From positions 55,120,001-55,184,000 of the forward strand of contig NC_045697.1 in the NCBI RefSeq assembly GCF_009834535.1: a stretch of DNA of 64,000 nt, written 5' to 3'. The stretch is from Camelus ferus (lineage: Eukaryota). This document shows, one piece after another, positions 24,746 to 37,899 of the stretch (positions within the stretch are counted from its first letter, which is position 1; each line of letters opens with the position of its first letter). A program made the position numbers and the translations under genes. The notes under the pieces are model-generated. The model searched no databases, was not told where the DNA came from, and saw nothing but the letters and a program-made list of their open reading frames with translations.

Positions 24746-26993
24746 AAATTTATTTTCACAAACTTAGTCTGTGGACATCATTATAAAGGAAAAAGTTTGG
24801 AGTGCTTTTGGGTTTCAGAGAGAAGGCAGTTATTTTAAGAGGAAATTATTACAGATGGTTAATAGACATGAAGGGTGTAGTTCCCTAAAGTAAAATTTGA
24901 TCTAAGTATTTATTTTATGTAAGAATCTTAATATTGAAGTCTAATATGTAAGCTTGCACCTTAATTTGTAATCTAAAAAATGGCCATATTTAACATCAGA
25001 ATTATCTAAATGTTCTGTTTCCCTAACTTAAGTTCATAGATAATTGTTAGACTTTCCTTAGTGTGATACTACATATCTTTTAATATTGGTGGGTTTATCA
25101 GATGGGGGCTTTCTGCGAATACTCATGGACAAACTGGATGAGTCAAAATCAAGAATATTTTCTTCACATATACAATTACTTTACAATTTTTATGTATATC
25201 TGAAATGATATGTTTCTGTTATCTCTTGGTTTTCTAAAAAGATAATTCCTTGGCTCAAATGGGAAGACCACTAAAAGCCAGAAAGCAATACAAACATAAT
25301 GAACATGCTCTATTTACCCAACAAAAAAAAGCAAAAGGAAGATATGATTGGCAGTTATCAAACTGGAAAGCTAGAGACATTCTGAAAGTTTTTTAGTGGT
25401 ATAGTGGGACTATTTCTAAGAGGCACTCAGGAATCACTAAGTATTTTTAGTCGAACTTAAATCTCTTGCTCAGGTGGAGATGATGTGAATCACCAATTTA
25501 CTTCTCTGCTAATTATTCTTAATTCACTCCATCCCTCAACTCCAATCATTACTAAAACACAGAAAGTAGAATTAATTCCTAATCGTTCTGCACATAGAAG
25601 TATCACCCAAGGACTGTTTCATTTGCCATCTTTTCAACTTCTCAAGTTTTCTGGATTGGATATACTTGCCTGGCTTAGTGGAGAGAAGTAAATTGAAACT
25701 GTTGGGGAATATTTATCAGAAAGTGCTACAGGGAAAAAGACTAGTTGACTGGGATCTTAATGCAAGAAGCAAAGGATAACAGAAATGTCCTTTAATTGTC
25801 CAGGACAACATGATGAATTATGATGACAGAGTCCACATAGAATGGTTCTTCTTCTTCTTTAACCCTTGTCTTCTGGAATATGCTATTTTAGATGAGCTTG
25901 CAGCACTGCCATGTATCATATTAATGCCTTTGCATTTCCAATGATTGTGTTGGCCAGACATCAGTTTCAAAACCAATTTTGTATTCATCACTCATCTCAA
26001 TAGGAAACAATAGAATACATCACTTCAGTTTTAGTAACTGAAAGATACAGAAGTAACAGGAATTGGTTGGCATCTTTTTTTTTCTTTTAATATTGAATGA
26101 TGTGAATAAGGAAAGTTAGTACAGAAAAAGAAAACAAATCAAGAGTTGCTCATTGTTCAGTGATCTGTTAGTGGTTTGTATATTCCAAAAGTAAAGCTTT
26201 AGAGTCACTTAAATAATTGAATTACAGGTGACAATTCTGTCATTAAAGACAATTTACTTCTTACTATCTTTACATGTGAAATCATATAACATGGGGAATT
26301 AGGTACTGTGAACAGAATAGGGTTGCAACAAATAAAAACTAGGCGCAATGAAAATCTATTATTTTTTGGAGAGGTGTGCTTTTAAAGTATTCAGTTCACA
26401 AGGAAAACTGCAACAACAAAAATCTAAAGAGGTGGGCATGTCCAGAGAAATACAGTACCTGAGATCTGCTTAGATGGAGCAGAAGCCACTGGAAGCCATA
26501 GTAGGACTACTTCACTAGTAATTTGAATGGATTGCTGCTGGAGGCTGAGCAGGAACCAGTAAGAGTGAGAAACTCCTGGGGGTTGAAATCACAAGGGTCT
26601 TCATGTTTTCATGGACTTTCTCTTTGGGAACTCCATGAGGTTCTCAGAATGAAGATCCAAGAAAAATGCCCTCAAAGACTTGGCAGAGGGTGGAGTGAGG
26701 CGGGAGGAAGAGTAGCCAAGATTCTCCCAGATTTTTCTCCACAACAAAGACTTACTCTCCAGAGAGAAAGGCTTCCCACTGGCAATGTTGGAACATTTTC
26801 CTCTCTGGGCTCCTCCAGTCTTCTTGTCATACCTAAGGGATGGGGAGGGGTGAGGGGACAAAAACCTAGTTGCCAGGAGGCAGGGATTCAATGTCATAGA
26901 CTGGGACCACTATCCAGGGAAGGGAGTAAATAATTAGAAAGGAAAAAATAGATATACACTCCTGGATGAGGGACGGAAACGCTTGTGAAGTGT

Positions 26994-27947
26994 TGATACC
27001 AAGCAGGACCCTGTGGGGTCCTCCCTAGTACAAATCTTTCCATGTGCCCCACTTCTTGCATTTAGGAAATAGGTTTCATTCATTGACCTTCCCTGAGTTT
27101 CAAAGAGCAGATTCAAACAGTTGCTAATGAGGTAAGGGAGGGAATGCAGAAACAAGGGAGGAACAATCAAGAAACAATAGTGCTGCCTTGAGGCAGCATC
27201 CAGGTGTGCCCCATTTCTTGCATGAAGGAAATAGGTTTCCTTAAGTCTCCTTGACCTTCCCTGAGTTCCAAAGAGCAGATTCAAACAGTTGCTAATCAGG
27301 GCAGGGAGGGAATGCAGAAACAAGGGAAGAACAATCAAGAAACAATAGTGCTGCCTTGAGGCAGCATCCAGGTTACCAAGGCTGTTGCCCCCAGGGTTAT
27401 ACCCTTGCCCTTCCCTCGAATAGAAACCAGTTACTCTTATCTAAGTCTCAGGAGGCAAAGAAAAGAAACAAGACCTGGTTAGAACCTGTGAAGCTCAAGA
27501 CAGTGGAGGATTTGACATCCAGTGGAACTTGAGCCTCATTATACAGTCATTATAGTGGATTAGCATGCTAAGTGACACATTCACCAGTGCCATGACCTTT
27601 GACAATTGCCATAACAGCAACTGGAAAAGCCCATGTACAAAAACAGAAAAGAAAGGCAATTGGCTTCAGCACACCCAGAGTGAGGACACGATGGCAGAAG
27701 CCTCCCATAAACGTCCACATGGCCCGAGCTGCAGCTAGAGCTGTCTCCACTGGCCATCTTGGTGACAGTTCCCTGCTTGAGCACTTTATCCTCACTTGAG
27801 CACTTTCTTTCCTTTTCCTCTTCTGAGTAGTAAAGCAGCTGTTCACCTTGTCCCTCTGCCCCTGCTGCATGAATTTGTTAATAGCTGGCAGCAAGGACCC
27901 ACACTTTGTTGGGCCTCCTAGCCTAGGGGCCCCTCTATCTGCTAACA
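26994..27947 (+). mobile_element. ERV1-class solo LTR, 954 bp, with an internal tandem duplication
   Basis: Termini tgatacc...gctaaca; perfect 4-bp TSD gtgt at 26990-26993 and 27948-27951; cataaa and agtaaa signals in the 3' half. Confidence 0.92.
27043..27372 (+). repeat. Two-copy tandem duplication (162 and 168 bp) inside the LTR U3
   Basis: 27043-27204 and 27205-27372 both run tgtgcccca.ttcttgcat...gcagcatccagg. Confidence 0.97.
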
Positions 27948-28282
27948 GTGTGAAACACCCCCAAGACACAGGCCTATTAAAAGACTGAAACTTACTGGCA
28001 AGTTTATGAGTACCTTTCCTCCACTACACCCTACCACCACACCAGGAAGCCTTAGGCCTTATATCAGTGGGTCTTAGCCTAAAGAGCTTCAAGATACAGA
28101 TTCTCTGAGCAACAGTCCAAAAGGTCCTCCCCAAGCCAAAAGAGGAGACAAAAAGGACATAGAGGAATTTGAAACCTCTGGTACCTGCAACTGCAGCAAT
28201 CACTAAACACAGCCCCACTCCAGATCCTCTCACTATAGGCATATTTACCTCAGTATAGTTAACCGTCTACAGCAGGTACTGC

Positions 28283-28919
28283 TGTTGGCGGTGGATGTAA
28301 CCGGTCTTCCAGGTTCTTGTCCCATCCCAGAGAGAATTCAGAGACAAGACACGGAGGTTAAAAAAGTAAAGTGAGGATTTATTAAGGGATGGATAGTAAA
28401 CTCTTAAGGGGAGAGCGGGCAGGCTCAGGTGAGCGACTGCCCTGAGTTTCTTTAGCAAGTTGGTTACATAGGGTGGTACTCATTAGGGAGGAAAGGGTCT
28501 GGGGTTGTGTTCCCTGATTTTCATCCCAACTCCACCTTTCCAAAGGGAGGGATTTTTGTCCTTAGTTAGTCTGGATTGGAAGTGTCATGGTGTCCATGCA
28601 TGATGGGTACTTCTAAGCTTCAAGGCTAACCGTATTGTAATAAGGGCATAATGAGCAAAAGGTTACATTGGAACACTGGAGATTCCTCCCTTTTCCCACC
28701 TTTCTTTGTTTGCCTCTGGACTGATTTTAACCCCCAAAGGTGTGACCACTTATCAGCCTAGAGGTTCCTGCTTTTTCTTTCTCTGCCCAGCAACTCCTGG
28801 TGCTTACATGATGAATGGTTTCCTGCATTTGGCCTGTGCCCCTCCTTTCTACCCAGTTTCTGCCATTTGGTCTGTGCCCCCTTTCTCTGCTCATATCTAG
28901 CTATCTGCCTGCTCTACCA
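28283..28919 (-). mobile_element. ERV1-class solo LTR, relatively young
   Basis: Termini tgttggcg...ctacca; flanks ctgc/ctac; AATAAA on the minus strand near 28380; several retained CpGs. Confidence 0.88.
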
Positions 28920-30089
28920 CTACTTTCACCAAAATGATAGAACGGATGCCAAAAGCAAGAAAAAAAATACAGTCTGAAGAGACAAAGCACGCATAAGAAC
29001 CCGACTCAGGTATGACACAGCTGTTGAAATGACCAGATAAGAAAATTAAAATAACTTGGATTAGTCTGATAAGGGTTCTCATGCAAAAAATAGAAAATAT
29101 GCAATGCCAAAAGGCAAGATCGTCAGAAACATGGAAACTATGCAAATACAATCAAGAGGAAAAGTTAGAAATGAAAACCACAGTAACAAAAATAAAGCAT
29201 GCCTTTGGTGGGCTCATTAGATGACTCAACAGAACCAATGAAAGAATCAGTGAACTTGAAACTAGGTCAATAGTAATTTCCCAAACTCAAATGTGAAGAG
29301 AGAGAAAAAAAAAACCCCTGTGAGGAGATACCAAAATGTGTAGCATATTTATAATTGGAATACCACAGGAGAAGAGAGAAGGGGACAAAAGAAATATTTG
29401 AAGAAACAGAACTTTCTAGAAGTAATGACAGACACCAAATGAGAGAGTCAAGATGTTTGGACAACACCCCCCCCCCCCCAAAAAAAGAGATAAAATAACA
29501 AGAAAACAAAAGTAATAGATAAAAACACACACCTCCACACATACTCCTAGGCATGTCATATTCAAGCTACATAAAACCAAAGACAAAGAAAATCTGGAAG
29601 GAAACCAAATAAAACACCTTATCTACAGAGGAACAAGGATAAGAATTCTGACTTTCATCATAAACCTTAAAAGCAGGACAAATAGAGTAAATGGGATAGG
29701 GGACTAGCCAATGCCAACAAAAACAAACCAAAGCCTTATTTAATGAAAAAGTCACATGTTGCTGTTGATCTAGTGTTCTTTTAACTTCTAAAAGATTGCT
29801 ATAATACTGTAAGATAATACTCATATAAAAGTAACCATTTAGATGTGTATGAACTGGAAAATGTCAAGAAAATTTTTATTTACTTTTTGTAACATCACAT
29901 AAAATGTATATTTGCCTAGCATATTGTATTTATAAAATATTTTTCCTCATATTTTATTTTATTAATCTAGGGAACACCTATTAGGAAATATAATTCCCTT
30001 TGTCAGTCTTTATCCCTTTGATGCTGTGCCACCCAAACCTGAGTATGAGAGTGTTAGGACTCGCAAAGACATAGAGGAAAGAATACATT

Positions 30090-30265
30090 TTCTTGTGATG
30101 CTAGACTGTTTATAGAGCTCTGATATGCATCATCTCATTGATTCAACCCAACAACTCCCCATGCAGCCATTATTATAATCCTCATTTTCTACATTTAGAA
30201 TTTATGTAACTTACTCAAAATTACAACTATATTGGGGCTGGAATTCAAATTCAGAATTTTCAGGC
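30090..30265 (-). mobile_element. MIR SINE fragment
   Basis: Reads catcatctcattgattcaacccaacaactccc...attattataatcctcatttt...taacttactcaaaattacaact...ctggaattcaaattcag. Confidence 0.65.
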
Positions 30266-31769
30266 ACAAAGAGTTGATTATAAAGAAGTCATACGGTCAA
30301 GGCTCTAAAAATATTAATTATCTGAACTAAATATTGATTGGTGCAACTTTATCAGACTTTTCAATAGATTTTCCACATCTGAAAACCATAGCACCAATAG
30401 TTGAATCTCTACAGCTTGGAATGGCTTTTGTTTTTTGGATGGCTTTCTTAATGTAGATGTTCTTGTGAGAATACAACTGGCTATCTCTTTGTTATCTGCT
30501 CTCCATAGAAAGCACTTCTCAGGAGATGGAACAGAGACATTATCTGGGAAATACTACTTTGCAATAAATGAATTCAGCAGTTACTATCAGAGTAGTATTT
30601 TTGAACAAGAATATAATAATGCTTTAATCACCAATGACTATGATTGTTAAAAGGAAGTTAGAGATTCAGGAGAAAACCAGATATGAGATGTTAAATTTGA
30701 TAATGACTTACTTTTTCTTTTTAAATGAATAGTTAATGTATTAAGAGGCAATAATAAAATCACTATCAAAGAAAGTCAAGGAAGATTAAATTGGTTCTTA
30801 AAGTGTTTTGTTGTTTTGCACTTAGAAAATGTGTTTTAAGGAAGGAGAACAGAAAGAGTATACCAGATGACCATCATGTGATGGAACCCACAGCCTAGCT
30901 GTGGATAAAGAAATAAGCTACACAATTGCATTGCTTTTCTGGAAGAAATAATATACTCAGTTTAACACTTTCCTGAGGAAATGTAATGATAAGGTGGGTA
31001 TTCAGAGAAAACAACTTCTTGAAAATGCCTAGGGATTGTAATTCATTAAAAACAAAGGAAGAGAATCACATCCAACCACTTGCAGCCCTTCAAAGAACTT
31101 AACCCCAACAGTTGCCAGTTGCTGTAGTTGCAGAGAAAGCCTTCTTTTGAGGAGGGGAGAGAACTGGAGTTGTGGCCAAGGAACAGACAGCTGTCAAGTT
31201 TCCCAACACGCTTTTGTGTGTAGATCTAACATTTTCAAAGTAGGCATTAGTTATTTCAGCCCACTCAAGAAAAAAATGAGTTGGCTGTATATATACATCA
31301 ATGTCTTTCATGTTCAAATGTTTTTCTTCTGAATATAAAAATCAATATGTGAAAATATAAAAGTCTGCTTCTATTTTATGACAAAAATCAGGATGATTTA
31401 GTAAACTAGGAGAAATATCAGTCAAGTTAAAAGGTAGAGTGTAGCCATAGGTTAGGTTATATAGAGCTGAAATTATTAGCTGGGTTGTATGTGGTAGGAA
31501 AGAAAGCACGCTTGGAATTTGCTATTCTCAAAGGAAACAGACAAAATGTAATAATAATATTGGAATAAGTTCAAAGAAATATATGGAAAGAGTATAACTA
31601 CATAAATACATTATGTAAGTTTTAGTCTATGTGTAAAGGGACCATGAGAATATATCTAAAATCTCCCATCCAAAGGAACAGTAGTTTTTTTTATTTGAAA
31701 AAGCTATTCTCGTGGTTTTTATGAACACACATAATTAACATTTGCATAATGCTAAAGATTTAATTCACA

Positions 31770-31930
31770 GTGTCCTTCTAAATTCTATCTCATTTAATCT
31801 TTACAGTAATTCCAGAAGGCAGAAATAAAGAACCTTCATGGCTCAGAGATGTTACTTAACTTCCTCAAGATGACACAGCAGATAAAGAACGGAATTGAGA
31901 TTTGAACTTAGGTTTTTGGTTTGATACCCA
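31770..31930 (-). mobile_element. MIR SINE fragment
   Basis: Reads atctcatttaatctttacagtaat...ggctcagagatgtt...aacttcctcaagatgacacagc...gagatttgaacttagg. Confidence 0.7.
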
Positions 31931-33740
31931 TTCTGCATCTTTCACTCTGATACTTTTAATGCCTAATGGCTTTGTGTTATATACAGATTAGTCAAATTTA
32001 GTCCATGATAGGAGGCCACCAACAAATCCTTTTCATCTATTTTTCAACCTAATCTCTTTTTAAAAAATGTACTAACTCTGCTTTAGTTGCTTTGTTTTAC
32101 TTTTTACTATCTTATAATCATTCCCTGCCTCCATTAACTAATGGCAGACTTAAAGTTGTTACTAATAGGTCAATGGGAGAGTCATTCTCAGTTTTCTTCA
32201 GATTCTTCTCCCATATTACTTGAAGAGAAAGAGCATATCTGTATGTTCCTATTGCTTTAAGCATGGAGCAGGCTAGCTCTATACAGAAAAAATAAACAAA
32301 GACAGTAGACTATTGCTGCGTGTCTTCATACAAATCCTATTCATAGTTTGAAAATATACTTTTCAAAAATGTAAAATCATGACTCATAAAACTTATATTT
32401 AACACATTAGAACATTGTAAACATTTTAACTATTAAACCTAAAACTCCTATAAAATATAAAATTAGCATATGCCAAAGATTTTATTCAACTTAATTAATG
32501 GGGAAACTAGTAAGATGTTAAAACCTGTTCAAATTTGAATTTTAATATGGATATTTATATTCTCTACCAGAGTAAATTTATTTGTGTTGCTGGAAACAAA
32601 AATCATTTGCATTACTGTGGACAGAAAAATAGTCTAGTCAATAGAAATTCAGTTAAAGTTGTACATCATTTAAAGTCACATAAGACCCAGAGAGGGTCCA
32701 CTGAAAAATGCCAGCACTCTTAACCCACTAAACTCTCTTACTCATTTCCAAGTCTTGAACAGTAGAATAAAAACCACTACTCAACTTTTCATGTTAAACA
32801 ACTGCATTTAGATGCTCTCCAAGAATCAATAGGTATTTGGTCTATATTTGCATAATCATATGATATACTACTATATGTGCTTTTTTTCCCTCAGAGCACA
32901 AAGGAGTCCATTGCAAAGGCAATTTCAGTACTGAAGCATCTTAGGAAGCAAACATTGGTTGCAGTTTTAAATGATAGTTGTATTTTTTTAAACTATTTTG
33001 AGAAATCTTATCACCCATTCTTAACCAAAACAGTGGATTTTAATCAGTATACTCTGAAAGAAACTGAGATGATTCTTTCTTTTCTTTTTTGAAATCATCA
33101 ATAGACCATAGGTGATGTATACTGTCAATGGAAGTAGAGCATAAAACATAGATTGACTTATATCATATTTCTATAACCTAGTTCCATCCTTTCTATTATC
33201 AATAATATCTGCTATAAGCAATGAAATAAAAAACTTAACTGCTTATAAATATAAGATAAAAGATACCATCCCTCTGATTATGTGGAAATATAAATAGAAA
33301 ACTATAATTTTTGTTAAATTAGAAACTAAGTTAATTGAAGATTAATCTTTTTCTTTTGCCTCATAAAATTTTAGTTTTTAAAAAGGTAATTACTCAGCAA
33401 CTTGTTTAAAGCCATTATTAGTAAATTGTGATGGGCAATATATTTCTTTAATATTCTTTCCACATTTTAGAGGTACTTAATTTTGTTGTTTGTTTTACAT
33501 TTTTATTTCAGCAGGATGTTATTAACCATAAGTCAGTGATTTATCATCAGTGCATGATTTTCATTCTCTCTGAACACTACATAGTATAATCATTCCTAGC
33601 TCTGCTCACATGAGAGTATGTCTTTATGACTATTGCAGATGAAAATACAATTTAAGACTATTTCAGACCATGTCTCTATGTATAATTCAGAGTTAAATTC
33701 TATAAAAGTATATATTTGTGTGTATGTATGTATATGAAAT

Positions 33741-34273
33741 CAGTCAAATCTTATTATTTGTGGTAGTCACATTCTGTAAAGTTGCTACAAACACTGAATT
33801 AGCAAATGCTAAACTGTTGCCCCTAGGGAAAGTGTGTGTGACATCTCACATAGATTATGATCTTAAATACTAAAATAACTTATTCTGGTAGATTCCATTT
33901 TTTTTTATTTTACAAAAGAGAAAATGAGGTTCAGAAGTAAGTGGCCATATTACCCGAGACTGCCCCGCTAGCTGGTACTAGAGTTGGGATTCAGACCCAT
34001 CCAGCTGGCCCCAGAGCCAGAGACTCTTGCACTCCACTCGCTGCTCCTACTGTCTAGATCCTCTGGTCATCTCTGTCCTAGAGAGAAACAAGGCAGAGTC
34101 ATCCTTGTTGCATCTCAGCTGGGAATATGTATATCAGGCACCTCAAATTGTTTGGTTCTGAACATGTTCAGGTATAACTGAAAATGCTGAGTATTGATTT
34201 GGCGTTTCCTAACAAATTTTAGTAAGTTGGCAAATTCACAAAATCAGTATCCACAAATAATGAGGATCCACTA
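33741..34273 (-). mobile_element. MER82-like TcMar-Tigger element
   Basis: TIRs cagtcaaatcttattatttgtgg and ccacaaataatgaggatccact. Internal gagtattgatt..., ttttagtaagttggcaaattcacaaa and an embedded MIR-like segment. Confidence 0.82.
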
Positions 34274-35589
34274 TGTATATGCAAATTTGGTTTATTTAAA
34301 TTATCTGTACTGTGAACTGGACATTTTCATGCAGACACAATTTCATTTGGTTCAATTCTATATGGCCTTTTATAATGAATGTTCACAATTGTTTTATGAA
34401 GCATGAAGAATCTATCTGATTGCATCGCTCCTGCTTCCAGAGACTTGATTTCAGCTCTTTTCTTAATTACACTTTTAAAAAGATGTTCATTTGTTAAATC
34501 TAGCATCCAGAATTATACACAAAGCACATTTAGTGAATCAGAATTTTAGTTATTTCTTTACCCTCTCATTAATTTGCAGTATGGTATTTGATAATTCTTA
34601 TTAAGTTATCCCATTATTTATATAAATTACCAGAATAAAAATAATTGCGAAGCACTTAGAAATGCATTAAGTGTAAGTTATTGCTTCATACGATAGTTTT
34701 CTTTCATACCATAAAATATAGATATTTTAAATGTTATTGAAATCAGGAAAAAGATGTCTTAAGCTTTGTTTTAGATTTCCTGTCACACTTTCTTGGGAAT
34801 TTCAAATAAGAGGTGGATTCTCAAATTTCTGTATATAGGTGTATAGTAATATAGAAAATATGTATATATATACATGTATTTTGTATCAAATAATCTGTTA
34901 TTATTTCCAGATAGGAGCTTAAAATGTAGAATGACCTTTCCATTTTAAAAAATTTGCTGTTATTTTGCCATATTTCATGTGGGAAAAAAGCAAAAGATCT
35001 GACATGTTTAATAGCACATTTCAACTAAGTACAAAAATTAATTTGAAATATTTTGTCCTCCCAAAGCTGATTGGTTTTTTGGGTTGTTGAACTCTGAAAT
35101 GAGACTAGACTAATCTTTTTAAGGTATTCTCCCTCTCTTTTGCCTTACATACTATTACTTTTTTCCAAGTCTTTTAATTAAGTTTTCAGGATTGCCAGTA
35201 CTGCAGAACAAAGGGCTAAACTGAGAAGAAAATTAGTGAAGTGGTAAAAATTGCTATTTTACTAGCCATGGGCATGTTACATTTGTCTAACAAAATTATC
35301 ATGATATCCTGTCATGTGTATATGTTTAGCATTATAGAACATATATAAACAATAACTTTCAATGACCAAATAAATTTCAGATACTAGCATTCCAATTTTA
35401 GTAGGTGTGGCAGAGAAGATTCCCTACTATCCCAATAAAATGATAAAATACAAAATGCATTAGTGAATTGACAGGAATGTAATGTCTACCTAGAAGCCAA
35501 GTTTAAGCAAAAGAGAAACTCTTTAGGGACTACTCACATGGCTACAAGTTGAGTTGAGGAGAAGTACTGGTAGTACAGAGATGGATGAT

Positions 35590-37720
35590 ATGGGGTACTG
35601 GTCCCCCTCAGAACAAAGCTTACTTATGTTCTCTGCTTCTTCTTGATCCTTAACATATCTCTTCCATAGTGGATTGCTGCTGAGTCCACCCAGCTTTATG
35701 ATTTGATGGTGAATCTGACAGAACCCACTGCATGATGGATAATAGCTCTGGACACAGAGTCACTTGACCAGACATTTTATCTCTATGAGGGGCCAGTAGC
35801 ATACAGGAGCTGTTATTCACATGCTGTGTAGTTCTCTACTGCAGAAGGCATGGCCTTGCTCTAGAACCTGGGATCTACATCACAATTTTTTTGTCAAGCC
35901 TTGCCGTAAACTCCACTGGGTATCTCTCGCAATTTCAGATACTTCTTGTATCTTAGCACCTGCTATGTTGTTTGGCCTTAAGTAGAAGAGTGGTTTTCAC
36001 CATAGTCTAGACTTGCTACAAAGTCTTTTCCTACTGTAGTTCCATTCAAACCTGCTGCTTTCCATGCCTCTAGGTACATCGGACACAGCAGTATTCTCAT
36101 GTGTGGAATATTCAAAACCCCCAAAATCTGACCAGGCTGTTTTCCTTTTTAACAGAGGAAGGTACAAGATGCAATGACTTGTCTTTAGTTTGTCATGTAT
36201 GTAGCAGCATGCTTCTTGCTACTGGGCTCCTGAACACCTTCACTGGTATGGTAGGACCCTAAATCTCCTTTGGCTTTGTCTTACCTTCTGGAGAACATTT
36301 GTCTTATTATGACCTCTAATACACTTTCCATATCTTGTTCTTCATCTATACTGATCATCATGATGGATCAACTTAGTGGACCAAGGTGGTGTTCTGTGAA
36401 ATGACCAATGATCTAAGTCTGTTAGCAGTATGTTAAACAGAGGTTGAGGAGATAAAGAAGCCTGGGGCAACACCATAACTACATATATTTGTCTGTCCTT
36501 TGTGACTGTGAAGTGCTTCTGATCCAGCTTCCTTAGGGTGATGGAGAATAATGCATTCACTAGATCAGTAACCATATTCCACACCCAAGCTTTGATCTGC
36601 TATGGTATTGGTACAGTGGCTGCAAGTAGGGCCACCTTTTAGTAGAATGTGTGGTTTTCCTTGAGGAACCATCTGTTTTTGTGAGGGCTAGACTGGAGGA
36701 TTAAACAGAGATAAGATGGCATGAGCAAATCATAATCCTTTCGGTCTTTAAGGGTGGCACTAGTTCGCTACCTCCTCTTAGAATACAATATTATTTCATA
36801 ATCGTTGCCTTGGGTGAAACTGGCAATTCTGAGGCTTCACTTTGACCCTCCCCTGTAATAACTCTTATACAACAGGCCAAGTAAATAATGTGGAGTTTTT
36901 GTCGACTACCGGTTGCATTTATTTGAAAACCAGGGAATTGACCAACAGGTATGTCTGTAGACCCAGTGGACCTACAATGAGCTAGACATGGGCCATGGTT
37001 CTATTTATTACATGTCTCCCTATGCTCCCATTATAACAGGGGAGCTATTTTGTTTCCAGTTGTTAGTGAAAATTTGAACTGATCATTGTCAAATATTTGA
37101 GTATTCCATTTTCCTCTGGGCAGGGTTACATAAGGGAAAGACTGTAGGTCCCTTTGGGAAGGTCTAGGAAAATTATCATCATATACAAGATATTTTGGGG
37201 TCCTTCTTTTTAATACGTTTCAGTCTCAGTCAGTGAGTTCTGAGTTAAGAACTCGATCAGGTATGAAAACTGGGCAAGGAATTTTTAATTCTTCATTGGA
37301 AAGACTACCTCCAATTCTTGATCATTTATCTCTATTTCTTTTGGTTGTATAAATTAAGCCATTGTTGGCCACCGTCTCTCTTGCCATTGTGAAAGCCATG
37401 TTCTACTGACCATTTCCATAGTTGTCTGTAAATTAAGTCCTCCTGACTACTAATCCATTCTTAATACTCATTAAAATAATTGTACTTGCCTTGCATCTGA
37501 TAATTAAATACACTATGCTGATTTTGTTATTTAAGGATTCTCTCCCCCACCCCCTCGCCTTGCTATTTGGAAACCTAATTCTTTAATACTATCTCCTTCC
37601 TTCAGCCTAGCCTGTATAGCAGGCAGCCACTACTGAGATTCTTGATGATACTGGTGTCCCTCTTACCAGCTTTTTCCTATTGCTTTAGTAAACGAATGCC
37701 CTTCCATGGAATATGTTAAG
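35590..37720 (-). mobile_element. ERV-L (class III) internal fragment: gag 3' part, protease, RT and RNase H, all disrupted
   Basis: ORF 36342-36584 (DLVNALFSI...QKHF...VLPQ) matches the ERV-L RT motif DLANAFFSIP...QKQFAF...VLPQG. Manual minus-strand reading gives TLVH*VD at the YIDD position, SKAMPSAVENY and IMQWVLSD..NHKAGWTQQQS (RNase H, ~35650-35870), and protease-like IVGPLGLQT near 36960. Confidence 0.9.
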
Positions 37721-37899
37721 CTTTAAAATATGTCTTGATAGCCAATAAAATTAGTCCTATCATATTTGTCTCCTTTTTACTACTTACTTTCCTATTCTTG
37801 ACCTATTTATTTTCATAATAATTTTGGACTCTAGTTTTCAATTTTCATTCAAAAACTCTTAGGATTTAGATTGGTATTGCATACTAGGTAGAAGTCTTG

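Larger units (their letters stand above)
26400..29700 (+). mobile_element. Ancient L1 (L1MC/L1M-like) 5' UTR and ORF1 region, interrupted by two solo LTRs
   Basis: 28920-29700 has decayed ORF1 motifs (cagtctgaagagacaaagca, gaaagaatcagtgaacttgaa, ataattggaatacca, cctaggcatgtcatattcaagct, aaaacaccttatctacagaggaacaaggataagaatt). 26400-26993 and 27948-28282 look like the GC-richer 5' UTR and are less certain. Confidence 0.75.

Noticed and set aside
27043..27372. CRISPR-like array (repeats with hairpins)
   Set aside because: There are only two units, the intervening sequence is duplicated rather than unique spacers, the context is mammalian, and there are no cas genes.
26523..27969. Cluster of 130-136 aa ORFs, one with an internal repeat
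   Set aside because: They fall in L1 5' UTR and LTR sequence; the peptide repeat mirrors the DNA duplication.
32350..33110. Sequence that seems reminiscent of an ERV internal or other old repeat fragment
   Set aside because: I could not find termini, a TSD or protein motifs to support a call.
33495..33540. Possible micro-exon (tttcagcag...gtcagt); a similar one lies at ~50837-50861
   Set aside because: The splice motifs alone are at chance level in AT-rich DNA, and no peptide was recognised.
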